DNA of 62,748 nt, filler included, from Syncephalis fuscata S228 (Eukaryota; Fungi; Zoopagomycota), in NCBI GenBank assembly GCA_025786725.1. It is 4 parts of 4 records of this genome, joined end to end, with 100 filler letters (N's around TTAATTAATTAA, not from the genome) between each part and the next. Parts side by side here need not be neighbours in the genome. Positions count along the whole stretch, not along the records: positions 45,430 to 58,032 come from JAHLTZ010000263.1; positions 58,133 to 62,748 come from JAHLTZ010000342.1; 2 more parts are not named here. One strand, given 5' to 3'. The position numbers and the translations under genes are program-made. The notes beneath the pieces are model-generated. The model was given only the letters and a program-made list of their open reading frames with translations, was not told the origin of the DNA and did not search any database. Below, one piece after another: positions 48,526 through 61,605 of the stretch (position 1 is its first letter; every line of letters begins with the position of its first letter).

Positions 48526-51500
48526 TTAACAAAGTTCCATATCATCACCAGCCCGATAGTTGCCATTGCCCAAACGGTATTGTTCACGGTTTTCCGTCTC
48601 GGTGGTTGCCACCCGCAGTTCCTCAGCCAGTGGTCCGGTGCGTGTCTCACGTAGTAACGTATCAAACTTCAATGAAGTTGTATGATCTGGCAATGTGGCC
48701 AAAGCAGCAAGCACGCGCAGCGCAGAACGAACCAATTCGCGATTCTTTTCTACTTCCTGCTTCACGGCATTCTCCTTTAGTTTACGGGTCAGAGTAGCCT
48801 TTAGTGGATCGGCAATGTCATCGAGTCCTAACGAATAAATAATGGTTAGTAACGGTCAATCAATCATCAATTCTATCCATCGATACTTACTCTGGATAAC
48901 TGAAGTAGGCGCAACGCGAATCAATCTTGTAAGGATGAGATAAACTAGAATGCGAATATCATGCTGATCACTCAATGCTGGAATCACATGGTCTAAAAAG
49001 ACCGATGTCTCAACTCGATCTACGCAAGAGTCCAGGAGTGTACACATACATTCATATGCAGCCTTGTGCTTTGTCGTTAATACTATAACCCTGAATATAT
49101 GAAATAGCCTACCTTTCGTACATCAAGACCATCATCAACTTGATATTTGAACGGACCCATATCAACAGTGTGGATAAGTTCCGGCTAAATCATCGTTATA
49201 TCAATGGCCAGTAACGAATAGTGAGCGTCAAACTTACTCGAATCACTGTTTCCTTATACAGAAGCGGTAATAGCTGGTCTAGTACATCGCGTACTAATTG
49301 TGGCTTATTATGTACAACCGAGTTTAGTGTGGTAAGGGACAAATGACGTACAGTCTAGTCAATAAACAAAGATGATGGAGTTTAGCCATAACCGTGTTGC
49401 ATTATTATGATCTTCTTACCAGATCGTCGTCTTTCATCAATGACAAAAATTCCACAAGGAGCGGACGTAGTAAATCGTCATAGGCACGTGATTGAACACT
49501 TGTAAAGGTGAATTTGACAGCCGCAATTGAGGCAGCACGCCAACGAGCCGAATCAGATTGAATGCGTGTTTGTAATTCAGGCAAGAATTTACTTGGATTG
49601 GCCAATGTTAAACGACCAATACACTCGGCAACGACGTTCTTTGAGGTTTCTTCATCGGTACTGCTTTCTGTGTATAGTAGATCCCTATTATCATTAACTA
49701 TATTATTAATAAAAATGCAATTATAACAATTTATACGTGCCAGATTTCATCAGCATATTTCTCCATTAATTGTGCTCGATCATCAGATGAATAGCGTGTA
49801 ATAGTCTATATATGTATGTATTAATAAAATAATTGCCATTAATGTTACGGTTATTATTATTATTAGTAGTTAATTACTTCTTTAAGTGCATTGAGTAGTA
49901 AATAACGACGGTTGTCATTTAGTTTAATTTCTTGAATAATCAATGGCAAATAGAGCGGAACATTGCCAGCGGCCAAATTACCTAATATAATAAAAACTGT
50001 TATTAATTTAATTCTGTTTAATATAGAAATACTTGCCTAAAGCAAAGGATGCCGATACTTTAACATCTTCCGATTTATCTGAGATTAATCCTAATAATTG
50101 GGCATGTAATTGCTCGTAGTCACTTAAATCACTAAAAAGTAATATTAGTATATATATATATATGTAAATTAAGCTAATGCTTACCAGCTACGACCAATCT
50201 CGCCTAGTGTTTGTAAAGAGGCACAACGTAGTGATTCTGAATTAGAAGTAGTCTAAATAAACGAGTAAATAAATCTGTAAATATTAATATATTTAATATA
50301 TTAAACATAATTACCTCTGCTTGTTGAATAAGCTTGGCAATAACGCTCTTTTGTTTATTTGGTGCTTGTAGACAGCAAACGGCAGCACAACGAGCAATAT
50401 TTGTATACACCTATTCAATTAAATGTATTATTAATATATTATAATATGTTGGTTGTTAATATCACTGACCTGTTTTGAGGTGGCTGCAGCAGTCGATTGT
50501 GTATTAGATGTACATAACGTAAATAGATGATCAAATAGTTCAACCGACTGGGCAGGATTGGCTTTAGCCATTGCTGCATAGAAACGAGTTAATGCTTCTA
50601 ATGGACTACCCTGTACTAATGGCGACACTACAAGCCTGTGAGCATAGACCGTAATATCACTATTAACCAGAGACCATAAATCGGTCTTTCTCGTTACAAT
50701 GGCTGCTGTACAATTTAATGCCAATGGCAATAATTGTAAATCATCGTCATTAATAAGAAGACGACAGGCATCAATAAGCTCGACATATTGTTCACGAGGT
50801 ATGTTATCGCCATAACTAAATGTAAATAATAAGTAATTATGACCATATAAATACTGGCGCTTACACTTCAATAAAGGCCACAATACAAGAAAGGGCACCA
50901 ATCTTTGTTGGTCGACGACCTGTACGTACTAGACGAACAATATCACGTGCCCCTTGACCAACTACTTGCTGAATAATGGGCTGTACTTTAGCATCAGTGG
51001 CCGTGTCACTTTGCACAGTGCTGCGTAGAGCACGTAGTGCTGCTACTTGTGTACCTTCATTGCCGCATCGTTCGAGTAAAATAGCCAATGCATCCGATAA
51101 AGGAATCTGTTTGCTGGCACGAGCACAAAGAATGCCTAGTGCATCGACAGAGCGTTCACGTACTTCTTGGTCGGCATCAAGAGTACGGGCGTGACTTTGG
51201 ACTGCATCATAGATGGCATCAATGGATACATCAGCTGGCGATTCGGCCAAGGTCATTGCTACGACTAGATCACCACAAGTACGAATAGCTTCGGCAGAAA
51301 TCTTGTAGAATCGATCATGAGTCGCTGAACATAAAGCGGGTACAAGTGTGACCAAATGGGCGGCAAATACCGATAACGGTAGATGGCGCACCACTTGGCG
51401 CAAGAATAGAATTGCTTCAATCTTAAGACTGGATGCAGAACTGCTAAGCTGCTGACTGGATGTAGCATGTTGTGTCTGGTATTGCTGATCACCACTTGCA

Positions 51501-53501
51501 CCAAAGGTTAGCGTCTCCGTCAATACGGGAACGAATAGTTCAAACTGTTCTGAAGTCAAACTTGATTGGTGTAGTACTTGAACGAGATTGGCTAATAGTG
51601 AGAATCCTGTTTGACGTGTGGCCGCTGTAATGGTCTTTGATTTGCCACGCATCTGTTTGGCCAATCGTTGGCATATACGCGGTATTAATTGACCCAATAA
51701 TCGTAGACTGGCACTAAATAGATAGCAATAATAGTGTATTAATATTAGCAAAAATAATAATAAATACTTAATTACATACTTTGTATCCATAGATGTATCA
51801 GTATCTGACATTGTATCTGCACTAACGCCGTTTACTTGGCCATCCTTGGCATGGACGGCGGTTTGGCGCAATAGGCCAATAAATGCTTGAAGCACCTCGA
51901 TTCTGACAGTTTCTTCTCGTTCATTAAACCGTGATACAAGTTTGGGCGCCACTTGTTCGTAGAAATAGACCAAATATTCAGGCCGAGTACCAATTAATCC
52001 GGCCAGTGTTTTGGTTGCACCACGACGTACTTTCCACGAAGTATCATCATCATCGGAATAGTCACTAATAACATTTAATTAATACGGATTTAATTATAAT
52101 CGATAAATAATACGTAATTACTTACTCTTCATAATCTTCATCCTCTTCATCTTCATCCTCTTCATCTTCACCACCACCATCTTCCATTGTATCGTCCTCG
52201 TCACTTTCATCAACTGCATAATTTGGATCATAAGTGATTTGTTGAAGACACAATGTAGTGACGGTTTCCAAATGCGGTTTAACGGCTGCCGGACAGCGTA
52301 AAACAAACGTTTCCAAGGTCTATATGTATTAAATTATGCTATTAATAAGCCATTAGTGATGTAATAATAACCAAGCCTACCTGTAAGCACTGTTCGCGTA
52401 AATCGTCATCTTCCTTTGTCTGGGCATGTTCAACGACCAACGGCAAGAATTTATTTATATAATTGCTAAATCTTTGTGGATTATTGCGACTGCATAATAA
52501 ATAACAATTGTAATAATTAGTCTATCAATAAAATACAATTTCATTACAATTTACCAAATAGCATTTAAGCAAATAACTGCAGTGCGTGTACTTTCTGGCC
52601 GCGAAGTCTTAGAGGACAGTTCTCGTTGCATTAGATCGGCCAATTCTTCAAATAATGTGCCACTTGTATGTCGCACCAAATTACCTATAGACCATCATCT
52701 ATTAATATGTAACAGTACAATCTATCAACAGTCGTCCTACCAATAACAATAGTGGCCCGTTTACGAGTAGCAGCCCGTTGATGATCAAGCATCGGAAGAA
52801 CAACACGTTGAACATCGGCCAATTGAGCCGGTTGCATCACATGACCGAATCGAGCAAGACTTTCAGCAAGTAGATCTAATTGATCCATATGAGCTTCATT
52901 GGACAGTTCACTCTATAGTATATCATTAATTAAAGTGGCGTATAAACTGCTATAGCTAAATACGTACATCGCTTAGTTGAACCAGTAGTTTTGGTACTAA
53001 TTTACTACTTAAATAGGCACCTTCAACTGTACCAGCAGGGATTTCCACCACTACAATCTTTAAGCCTAGACTGGCCACTTCACGTAGTGATGCCTGTTCC
53101 TTTTGTGCTACCAACTGGCACAATTGATCAATCATATCCTGAAGTCGGACATTCTGGACTTTACGAGCTAGAGCACCCAGACTATAATACGTGTATACGA
53201 TGTGTTAATAAAGATGTATATGACAAATCGTTATTTGCTATCGCCACTTACCATTGTACAGCCAAGTTTTGCACTTCTCCATTAGAATCACGGACCATCT
53301 TTAGTACGGTATCCACTAGTCTCCGTTCTGCATTGTCGTCCAGTTTGTAGGTTGACTTTTGTAGCTCTGATTGTAAATCATTGAGGGCCATGAACCGAAT
53401 ATCGGCATCATGCGAGTCCATCTTATTACAACATAAATGTCACGTCCATCTTTCTATTAGCGTCTATTTACCTTGCCCAACAATTCGTTAATTCCCGACA
53501 T
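48526..53501 (-). CDS. CAND1: Cullin-associated NEDD8-dissociated protein 1
   Basis: DADIRFMALNDL, NGEVQNLAV, YDPNY, YSDDDDTSWKVRR, RFNEREETVR, DADQEVRE and [23 protein letters not shown]. Confidence 0.95.
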
Positions 53502-53699
53502 TTTGAGAATAGTAACGAGAAATACAGATAACCAAAAAACAAAGACAGTTAGATGAATAGACAAGTAAGCGTAGTGTAAAAAGTAGACAAAGGTAGTGAC
53601 GCAAGCTGTTATGAATCATATCCAATCATTTAAATTAATTTATTACAAGTATTCAATATTTATTACAAATATTTCATGTTTATTATATGTATTTAGTAT

Positions 53700-55093
53700 T
53701 TATTGTAAACTATCAACAATTCCCGTTAATGCTTCATCACGTTGTTGTTGAAGTTTGCGCTATTTTGTAATAATTATAATATTAATGCTACTGGCATTAT
53801 TGGTATTTTTAACACTTACTAATTGTTCACGTGTTTCTTCAAGTTTTAATCGTGCTAGATTTAAATCCTAAATCATTCATTGGTATATATCATTAATAAA
53901 TATGAATGTATATAAACCGATTGCTTACAGGTGGCAATGAATGAAATGCATTAACTTGACGAGCTACCTTTTGATGTGTTAATCTCATTTGTTCGACGGT
54001 CTTTTCAAGTTCTAGTATATCTTCAATACGAAGCTGTTCTTTTACTACACCTGTTGCTTCATAATGTGCCATATGCTGTGTTGTTTTTGTATCATATTCA
54101 TCGGCTTTTTGACTTAATACAGTAATATTCTGCCGCCATTCAAGTATCCGTTGACGAGCTTCCTCGTGGGATGTTGTAGCAGTGGCACTTTGTCTATACA
54201 TCATAATACGTTCTATCAAACGCTGTAATATTAATAAATACTTACGTTTTTATAGTTGATAATTGAGCCGCTAGCTGTCGTCGTTGTGCACGGATATGGT
54301 TCATTTTGTCGTTTAGCTGAATTTCACGTAGCTGTTGTGTAAATTCGTCAGTAGTTAAATCGTGTATCGCTGCAGTAACGCTGTAATAATACATCAATTA
54401 ATGATATATTATAATTAAGAGATAATAGCTAACCTGCCCCGTGTTAATCGTTGTAATTTTAGGCAATGGGCTAGACGTGACAATGACATGATGCGTCTAT
54501 TAATATTGCGTGGAAGTTGGTCGAGTTTTAGACCGGCTGCCGCTTCAAGTGTTTGATTTATACGATTTGCTATTTATTGATTAGCATGACTAGTTATTAG
54601 GTCAGCTTATTATTTATCTACCTTCAAGACTATATTCCGCATTATGACGTGTTGTATTATCGATAAAGGTACGTGCTGCACTATCGCGTGTTACATTTAA
54701 ATGCATCAAAGCGTAAAGTGTACGCAGGTTATGTGGCGTATGTGCTATGGACGGTAAGATAGCGTCTTGTTCCGTGGCATATAAATCTTCTAGCCAGGCT
54801 GTAATCTAACCGAAAAGTTCAGTAATATTTTCTTGCTATTCTTTGGCCTAACCTGCCTGGCGCCACTCGGCCTCGTCGCTGTGAAGGGTCGCGGCTGACG
54901 TGCTTAAGTTGGCGAGGAATGAATCGTCGACTGACATGAAGGTCAGGTCGGAAGCGGCTAATAGCCGTGCATCCAAGCCACTATCGTCTGCGTCTTCTTC
55001 ATTGCTATTCGGCTGTGACAACATAGGCGTGTCTTCGTTATCGGCGACCATTGTAATAGCTAGCTTTGAATTGTTACTGTTTGAATCAGTCAT
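53700..55093 (-). CDS. HAUS1: Augmin subunit HAUS1-like coiled-coil protein
   Basis: AWLEDLY..., N..RD...AEYSLEANRI, AAIHDL and C-terminal FHSLPPDLNLARLKLEE match the HAUS1 pattern; multi-exon. Confidence 0.7.
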
Positions 55094-55585
55094 AACAAAA
55101 TTAAAAGTAATAAAATAAAAATTTATTACTTAGTTTATTAAAAAAAGAATTAATATGTAAATAAATAGATTATTATAATAGCTATTGATGATCTATTAGT
55201 TCATTTTAAAAGTATACTATTATAAATTGTTATTAATGGCCTATTGATTTATGTTATAAGTAAATGGTTGTAAATAGCTAATAATTTATTAATTCAACTT
55301 ATAAGTTATAAGCAAAACATTATAAATAGCTGTAGATTTATTAATTCATCTTTATTTGTTGAAATGACAAAAATAAATGTCATTATCATCTGTGTTTGCC
55401 TTATATACAAAAGGAAAACAACTGGTTCAACCGAAAAGGCAAATAACAAGTCAAATAGCGCTAATACCAATTACTATAGTGTAAATACTAACAGTAACGA
55501 GAGAAAGAGTTGCTGTTGTTGGTAGGAACAGATAAAAAGGTGTAATAGAAATGGAAAGTCTTCTCAATAATATTAGACTACGTAT

Positions 55586-58032
55586 TTACATAGTCATGTG
55601 CTCGTGTAGCTGCGCTTGCAACTGATGAATGAGTTTAAGCATCTGCTCGTTTTCCATTCGAAGCGATGATGCTTCGTCGGAAAGACTGACAATTTGCTCT
55701 TTTTGAACGGCAATTTGCATGTCCTTGGCATCCAATTCCTCGCGCATTGGACCATAGTCTTCACGAGCTGTAGTAATATGATCTTGAACGAGTTTCTGTT
55801 GTTCCGCTTCTAATTCAGCAATTAATTTACGATTACGCTCCTGAATATGGGTGATTTCTTCTTCGTGTTGCAATGCAAGGCTGTCCATCTGTTTATTAAC
55901 CGTTTCAGTCTCTTGTTCGCGTTCTTTCATTTGTTTCGCGTATTCTTCTTCAAGTTGTTGAATATATATCTTGTGCTGTTCAGCCTGATGAGCAAGCATA
56001 GCGTCGGCATCTACTTGATCTACATTGCGAACGGCCGCATCAGCAATCTGCTCAGCCTCTTCAAGTGCACTATTAAGTGCAGCGCGTGTCTGGCTAAGTT
56101 CGGCCTCGTGAGCTGCACGGATTTCAATTAGCTCTGCATCGTGTTGCTGACGTAGTGTATCCAATTCGGCGTGGAACTTTTCGCTATCAATTTTAGCAGT
56201 GTCAGCGTCGAATGATCGCGAACGCAATTGATCCAGTTCATTAGCCTGTTGGAGTAGCTTCTCTTCAAGCTCAGTTGTTATTTGGGCAAGTTTGGACTCG
56301 GCAGCAATATGTGCTTGCTTGGCCGTTTCAATTTCAACGTAAAGATCGGCGGCGTTAGAAATGGTGTTGGATTTGGCGGCTTCAATGGCCTCAGCATGGG
56401 CAGTCTTTAGCTCTGATAGCTCTGAAGCGTGCGTTTCACGTAATGTGGTAATTTCCGTTTGTAGAGCCACATAGCTTTCGTCGTTTACTTCTACAGATGT
56501 TGTACTGCGAGTAACCATTTCTATAGTCTCTGTATGCGATTGCTGTAGTGCCACTATCGCCACTTCATGTTCGGCACGCAGTGAGGCCAATGCTTCTTCA
56601 CGTTCAGTATGATGTCTTGCTTGATGCTCTTCTAAACTGGCAGCAGCGGCTGCTTCAGCCTCAGCGACAGCAACGGCTACTCTCTCTTGTGCCTGTTGCA
56701 CTTCAGTTTGCAATTGAATGATCTGTGCATTCAATTGTTCACGTTCGTTGTTTGCTTCTTGTTGAGCTGCTTCTAGTGCGGTCAAATGGGCAATTTCGGC
56801 CTCTTGAAGTTTGGCATCGGCATTGGCTTGAATTGCGACTAATGTGGCTTCGTGTTCAGCGTGTAGTTGATCCAACTGGCCTTGAAGAGCCAATAATTGC
56901 TCTGCAGCCTCAGAAGTGGCTGAAGAGCCTTTTGTCACCTCTGCAGCCTCTGCACGTACCGTTTCGAGCTCTTCAGCATGTATACGTGACAGTTCTTCCA
57001 AAGACTGGGCATGTGAACTAGCGAGTGCCGTTAATTCTTCAGTATGACGGCTGATGGTAGTTTCAAGCTGTAGACGCAGCTCATTCAATGTCTCGTCATC
57101 ATCGTGTTGAACAATGGCAACAGCAGCAGCAGTGTTAACGGCAGTCAATTCCGCTTGATGGCGGCTTGCAGTTCAGCGATTTGCTCGTTATGGTTTGCTG
57201 TCAGTTGGCGTAATGCTTCTTCACGTTCGTCACGGGCTGCCTGTAGAAAAGGAATGGTTACGTCGTGAACGCAAGAATGATGGAGGAGAAGAAGACAAGT
57301 GTCGCCAAACGTTAGAATGATGTCGATGCGGAAATGCATGCAATACAGATAACATTAAGCTTCTAGAGCTGCTATCTTGTATATTCATTTCCTGTATGCT
57401 CCATCTCTCTTTTATTGAGCTATACTCTCTCACTCTACTCCCCCTTCGTTCTGAATTGACACGCACCTCCAGTTGAGCACGGGTATCCTGGCATCCGCTG
57501 CTACCTTGCAATCTCCGACTGGTTAACGCATACGTTCACGCATTCTTGTTCGACTTGAGCATTTTTCGGCATAACGTTCTCGACCGCTTGTACTTCATCG
57601 AGCTGTTCAAGCTGTTCATTAACTTACGTGTGTGCTTCAATGGCAGCAATAGCATCAGCACACTACTTCTTTGCAGCACGTAACTCGGCAGCTGTTCACT
57701 TAATCGAGCCAATTCAGCAACGTGGACTCGGTAGCATTGCCACTGCAGCAGCGACTGCAGCAGCAATGCCTCTTCGCCTGCACCAGCTGCCGATGATGTG
57801 CCGATCACGTGCAGCTTCTAATCGCTGATGAGAACGCTTAGTTCGCTATTCTCAAAGTGTTCAGCGCCAATCGTTCCATTCACCGATGTGCACGTTCCGA
57901 TGCAGCATACTTGATATGTGCAGTCTCCAATGCTTGAGTACGTTCTTCTAACTCACGTCGGGCCAAATTAAGCTGTTCAGTAAGTGATTCAATCTGCTCA
58001 CGCAATGAAGTTACTTCTTCTTCTTTAGTCGC
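55586..58032 (-). CDS. Long Glu/Ala/His-rich coiled-coil protein, 5' part lost in gap and frameshifted near the contig end
   Basis: 520-aa heptad-rich ORF, further coding fragments up to the gap, and an intron at 57241-57466. Confidence 0.75.
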
Positions 58033-58132
58033 NNNNNNNNNNNNNNNNNNNNNNNNNNNNNNNNNNNNNNNNNNNNTTAATTAATTAANNNNNNNNNNNN
58101 NNNNNNNNNNNNNNNNNNNNNNNNNNNNNNNN
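58033..58132. other. Assembly joiner or gap
   Basis: 100-nt N block with TTAATTAATTAA. Confidence 0.99.
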
Positions 58133-58261
58133 TTCATTTTGGTGGTGACAGTGTTCACTTTAACCGTATATTGTTCAATCATTTATGCAATTGGTTGTCT
58201 ACTTCTTATATTGTTGATTATTAATGTCTACGAATTAGTCGAGTCGTTAGTCTGTAATATT

Positions 58262-58435
58262 GTTAGTCAATTAGTTGGTAAATTATGCCAACTAGTTAGT
58301 CAATAGTTGGAAATTAGTTGGAAATTAGTTGTTCATTTAGTTAGTCGTTTATTCAATTAGTTGATCATTTAGTTGGGCAGTTGGTAAATTAGTTGCTTAT
58401 TTAGTTATTCAATTTGTCCGTCAATTAGTCAATCA
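58262..58435. repeat. Degenerate ~12-bp tandem repeat (ATTAGTTGGNAA-like)
   Basis: Many TTAGTT(G) cores at about 12-nt spacing. Confidence 0.6.
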
Positions 58436-59413
58436 CTCATTTATTCAATTAATTCCTTCTTTATTTGTTCCATTATTCAATTAGTATATGTCTGTCAATA
58501 TATGTCCTATATCAATAATTAAATTGCAAAATATTGTTTAGTTAATGTTACATCTGTGTATATAAACGTACATAACTTTTATGGTAATGAGTGCTAAATT
58601 CTATTATTCATATATGAATGTCAATCTACCGATGCAATACATCATATACGTGAGGTAATAATTAATATAAATCATTGCATGTTATAAGCACTATAACATA
58701 CTGACATGAATGAGTCGTGTATATTGCTTCCTACAATTAATATGATATACACACGATATCATACAATGATATATGTAAATACTGGATGTATGCATATTAA
58801 GTATATGCACACTGGATATATGCTTACTGGATAATACTTCTACATTAATGTCTATTTTCTATTTTATTTATTCATCATCCATTATCATGTTCAGTACATT
58901 AAATGCTTTTAAATATTGCCATTTGATCTGCTGATCATACTATAAGCATTGTTAAATTGTTTAATCATTAGTTAGTATGTGCAACACATACTAATTGTAT
59001 AATATTTATTGTCACAATTCACTTGATTAAATACAATAACTATATTGTATTGATTTTTTGATTGAGATGCAAAAGTATAAAGCTTTGCATCTACTTATTT
59101 AGTAGCTATGTGCTTTTATTTAATGCTTTGCTTGGATATTGTTTGGTAATATCAATTACTAATCCTTGGATATTACCAATAAATAATATATTATTAATTG
59201 ATCCAATATCTTTTTTAATCTTGCTGTTAATTGATAGCAATAGTATCAATTAGTCTTGATGATGTCACATCAAGTACTTGTGAAGTTGCTATTGTTGCTA
59301 TTGTTGCTATTGTTGTGATGGTATACCACCGTTTATTGGTGGCGGTATACCACCACATACAAATTATGATGGATACTGCTACAACTGCTTTATCACATTA
59401 CTTACTTACTTAA

Positions 59414-61006
59414 AATGGCAATTAGTGTGTTAGCGGCCGGCTACCTACAATTCTAAAACAATAAATACAATGTTAGTACGTTAGTAGACAATTGTCTTGA
59501 ATTGTTATTGCATATTTGTTTTAGTGTGCTAGCGGCCGGCTATGTATAATAATAATACTTACGCTGGGTGTCCATGGCCGGCTACCTACGAATCTAAAAT
59601 AATAAATACAATGTTAGTGTTAGTTTTTATGCCAATGTTAATATTGTTACTGGTGTTGGTGCCGGTGCCGATGTTGGTGCCGGTACTGGTGTTGGTGTTG
59701 ATACTGATGCCGGTACTGGTGCTAGTACTGATGCCGGCGCTGGTGCTAGTACTGGTGTTGATGCTGGTGTTGGTGTTGATGCTGATGCTGGTGTTGGTGT
59801 TGGTGCTGATGCTGGTGTTGGTGCTGGTGTGGTGCTGATGCGGTGTGGTGTGTGGTGCTGATGCTGGTGCTGGTGTTGTGTTGGTGCTGGTGCTGATGCT
59901 GGTGTTGTGTTGGTGCTGATGCTGGTGTTGTGTTGGTGCTGGTGCTGATGCTGGTGTTGGTGCTGGTGCTGGTGCTGATGCTGGTGTTGGTGCTGGTGCT
60001 GGTGCCAATGCTGGTGTTGATGTTGGTGCTGGTGCTGATGCTGGTGCTGGTGTTGGTGTTGATGTTGGTGCTGGTGCTGATGCTGGTGTTGATGTTGGTG
60101 CTGGTGCTGATGCTGGTGTTGATGTTGGTGCTGGTGCTGATGCTGGTGTTGATGTTGGTGCTGGTGTTGATGCTGGTGCTGATGCTGGTGTTGGTGCTGG
60201 TGCTGATGCTGATGCTGATGCTGATGCCGGTGTTGGTGTTGGTGCTGATGCCGGTGCTGGTACTGGTGCTGGTGCTGGTGTCGATGTTGGTGCTGGTGCT
60301 GGTGTTGGTGTTGGTGCTGGTGCTGATGCTGGTACTGGTGTTGGTGCTGATGCTGATGCTGATGCTGGTGTTGGTGTTGGTGTTGATGCCGATGCTGGTG
60401 TTGGTGCTGATGCCGGTGCTGGTACTGGTGCTGGTGCTGGTGTCGATGTTGGTGTTGGTGCTGATGCTGGTGTTGGTGCTGGTGCTGATGCTGGTGTTGA
60501 TGTTGGTGCTGATGCCGGTGTTGGTGCTGGTGCTGGTGCTGGTGCTGGTGCTGATGTTGGTGTTGGTGTCGATGTTGGTGCTGATGCTGGTGTTGGTGCT
60601 GGTGTCGATGTTGGTGCTGATGCTGGTGTTGGTGCTGGTGCTAGTGTTGATGTTGGTGCTGATGCCGGTGTTGGTACTGGTGTTGGTGCCGGTGTTGGTA
60701 CTGGTGCTGGTGTTGATGCCGGTGTTGGTACTGGTGTCCAGCTATCTAAAATCTATAATAATCAATAAATGTTAGTGTTAGTGTCCGGTATCTAAAATTT
60801 AAAACAATATATGTATAAAGTTAGTATGTTGCAATGTTGTGTAGCCGGCCGCTAGCACACTAAAACAATTTGGTGATTTTTATTTATGATATAAATTTGT
60901 AATTATCAATACAGGTTAGTAAGTTAGTAATCTAAATCTAAAGTCATCAATATAACATTGGTTGTTATATTGTTGGTAGCCGGCCGCTAACACACTAATC
61001 GCCATT
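59414..61006. mobile_element. Candidate non-autonomous foldback or TIR element with nested inverted repeats
   Basis: Outer inverted repeat 59414-59445 / 60975-61006 (31 of 32 match); inner 59516-59542 / 60842-60868 (27 of 27). No target-site duplication found. Confidence 0.5.
59650..60737. repeat. Hexanucleotide minisatellite G(G/A)TG(C/T)T, about 1.1 kb
   Basis: GGTGCT, GATGCT and GGTGTT units; translates as PAPAST on the minus strand and as LVLM or GADAGV on the plus strand. Confidence 0.97.
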
Positions 61007-61261
61007 GTCCTTGAACTTGATACTTGATGGTTGTAAATCTAAAGCATTATATGCAGAGTTAGTGACTGATTTAAGTTAGTTACTTACCATTGCATAATCA
61101 GTGCATCATAAAGAAGGACCGGTAAGTGGTTTGTTAAAAGTGAAAAGGGAAAGAGAAGAAGAGCTGCCAATGCAACATCGTGCTAGCAGGTGTTTACAGG
61201 TAGTGCATATAATGGCACTGCTGTATGGCCAGTACAGAGTGCCACCATATGCTACTACCAT

Positions 61262-61605
61262 AGCTAAACACACTATTGCTAGCACGGTGAGCAATGGAAG
61301 ATATAGAGATAATGATGAGGAGAGGGTGAGGAGAGGGTGAGAAAGGAACAGTATATGCTTGGTAGCATATATCCAGCATACACTGTTGCTAGTACGGTAA
61401 GTAATGGAAGGTTGGTGAAAAGGATAGGGAAGAAGGAGTGAAGAGAAAGAGATGAGAACAGTGTATGCTTGGTAGCATATAGCCAGCATACACTGTTGCT
61501 AGTACGGTAAGTAATGGAAGGTTAGTGAAAAAAGGATGAAGAGAAAGAGGAAAAGAAAGATAAAGAGAAAGATAACCGTATATGTTTGGTAGCATATATT
61601 GCCAT
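61262..61605. repeat. About 110-bp tandem repeat of a hairpin plus a variable purine-rich spacer (about 3 copies)
   Basis: AACAGTRTATGCT-TGGTAGCATATANCC-AGCATACACTGTT at 61347-61387 and 61457-61497, with partial copies on either side. Confidence 0.85.

Noticed and set aside
22198-53501. Proteostasis cluster (PB1 proteins, HAPSTR1-like, ATG18, CAND1)
   Set aside because: The genes are interspersed with unrelated ones and split by a gap, which is consistent with chance.
59930-60775. 281-aa poly-LVLM membrane protein
   Set aside because: It is a stop-free frame of the hexamer repeat with no credible start or domain.
61262-61605. CRISPR array
   Set aside because: There are only about 3 units, the spacers are low-complexity and mutually similar, there are no cas genes, and the host is eukaryotic.
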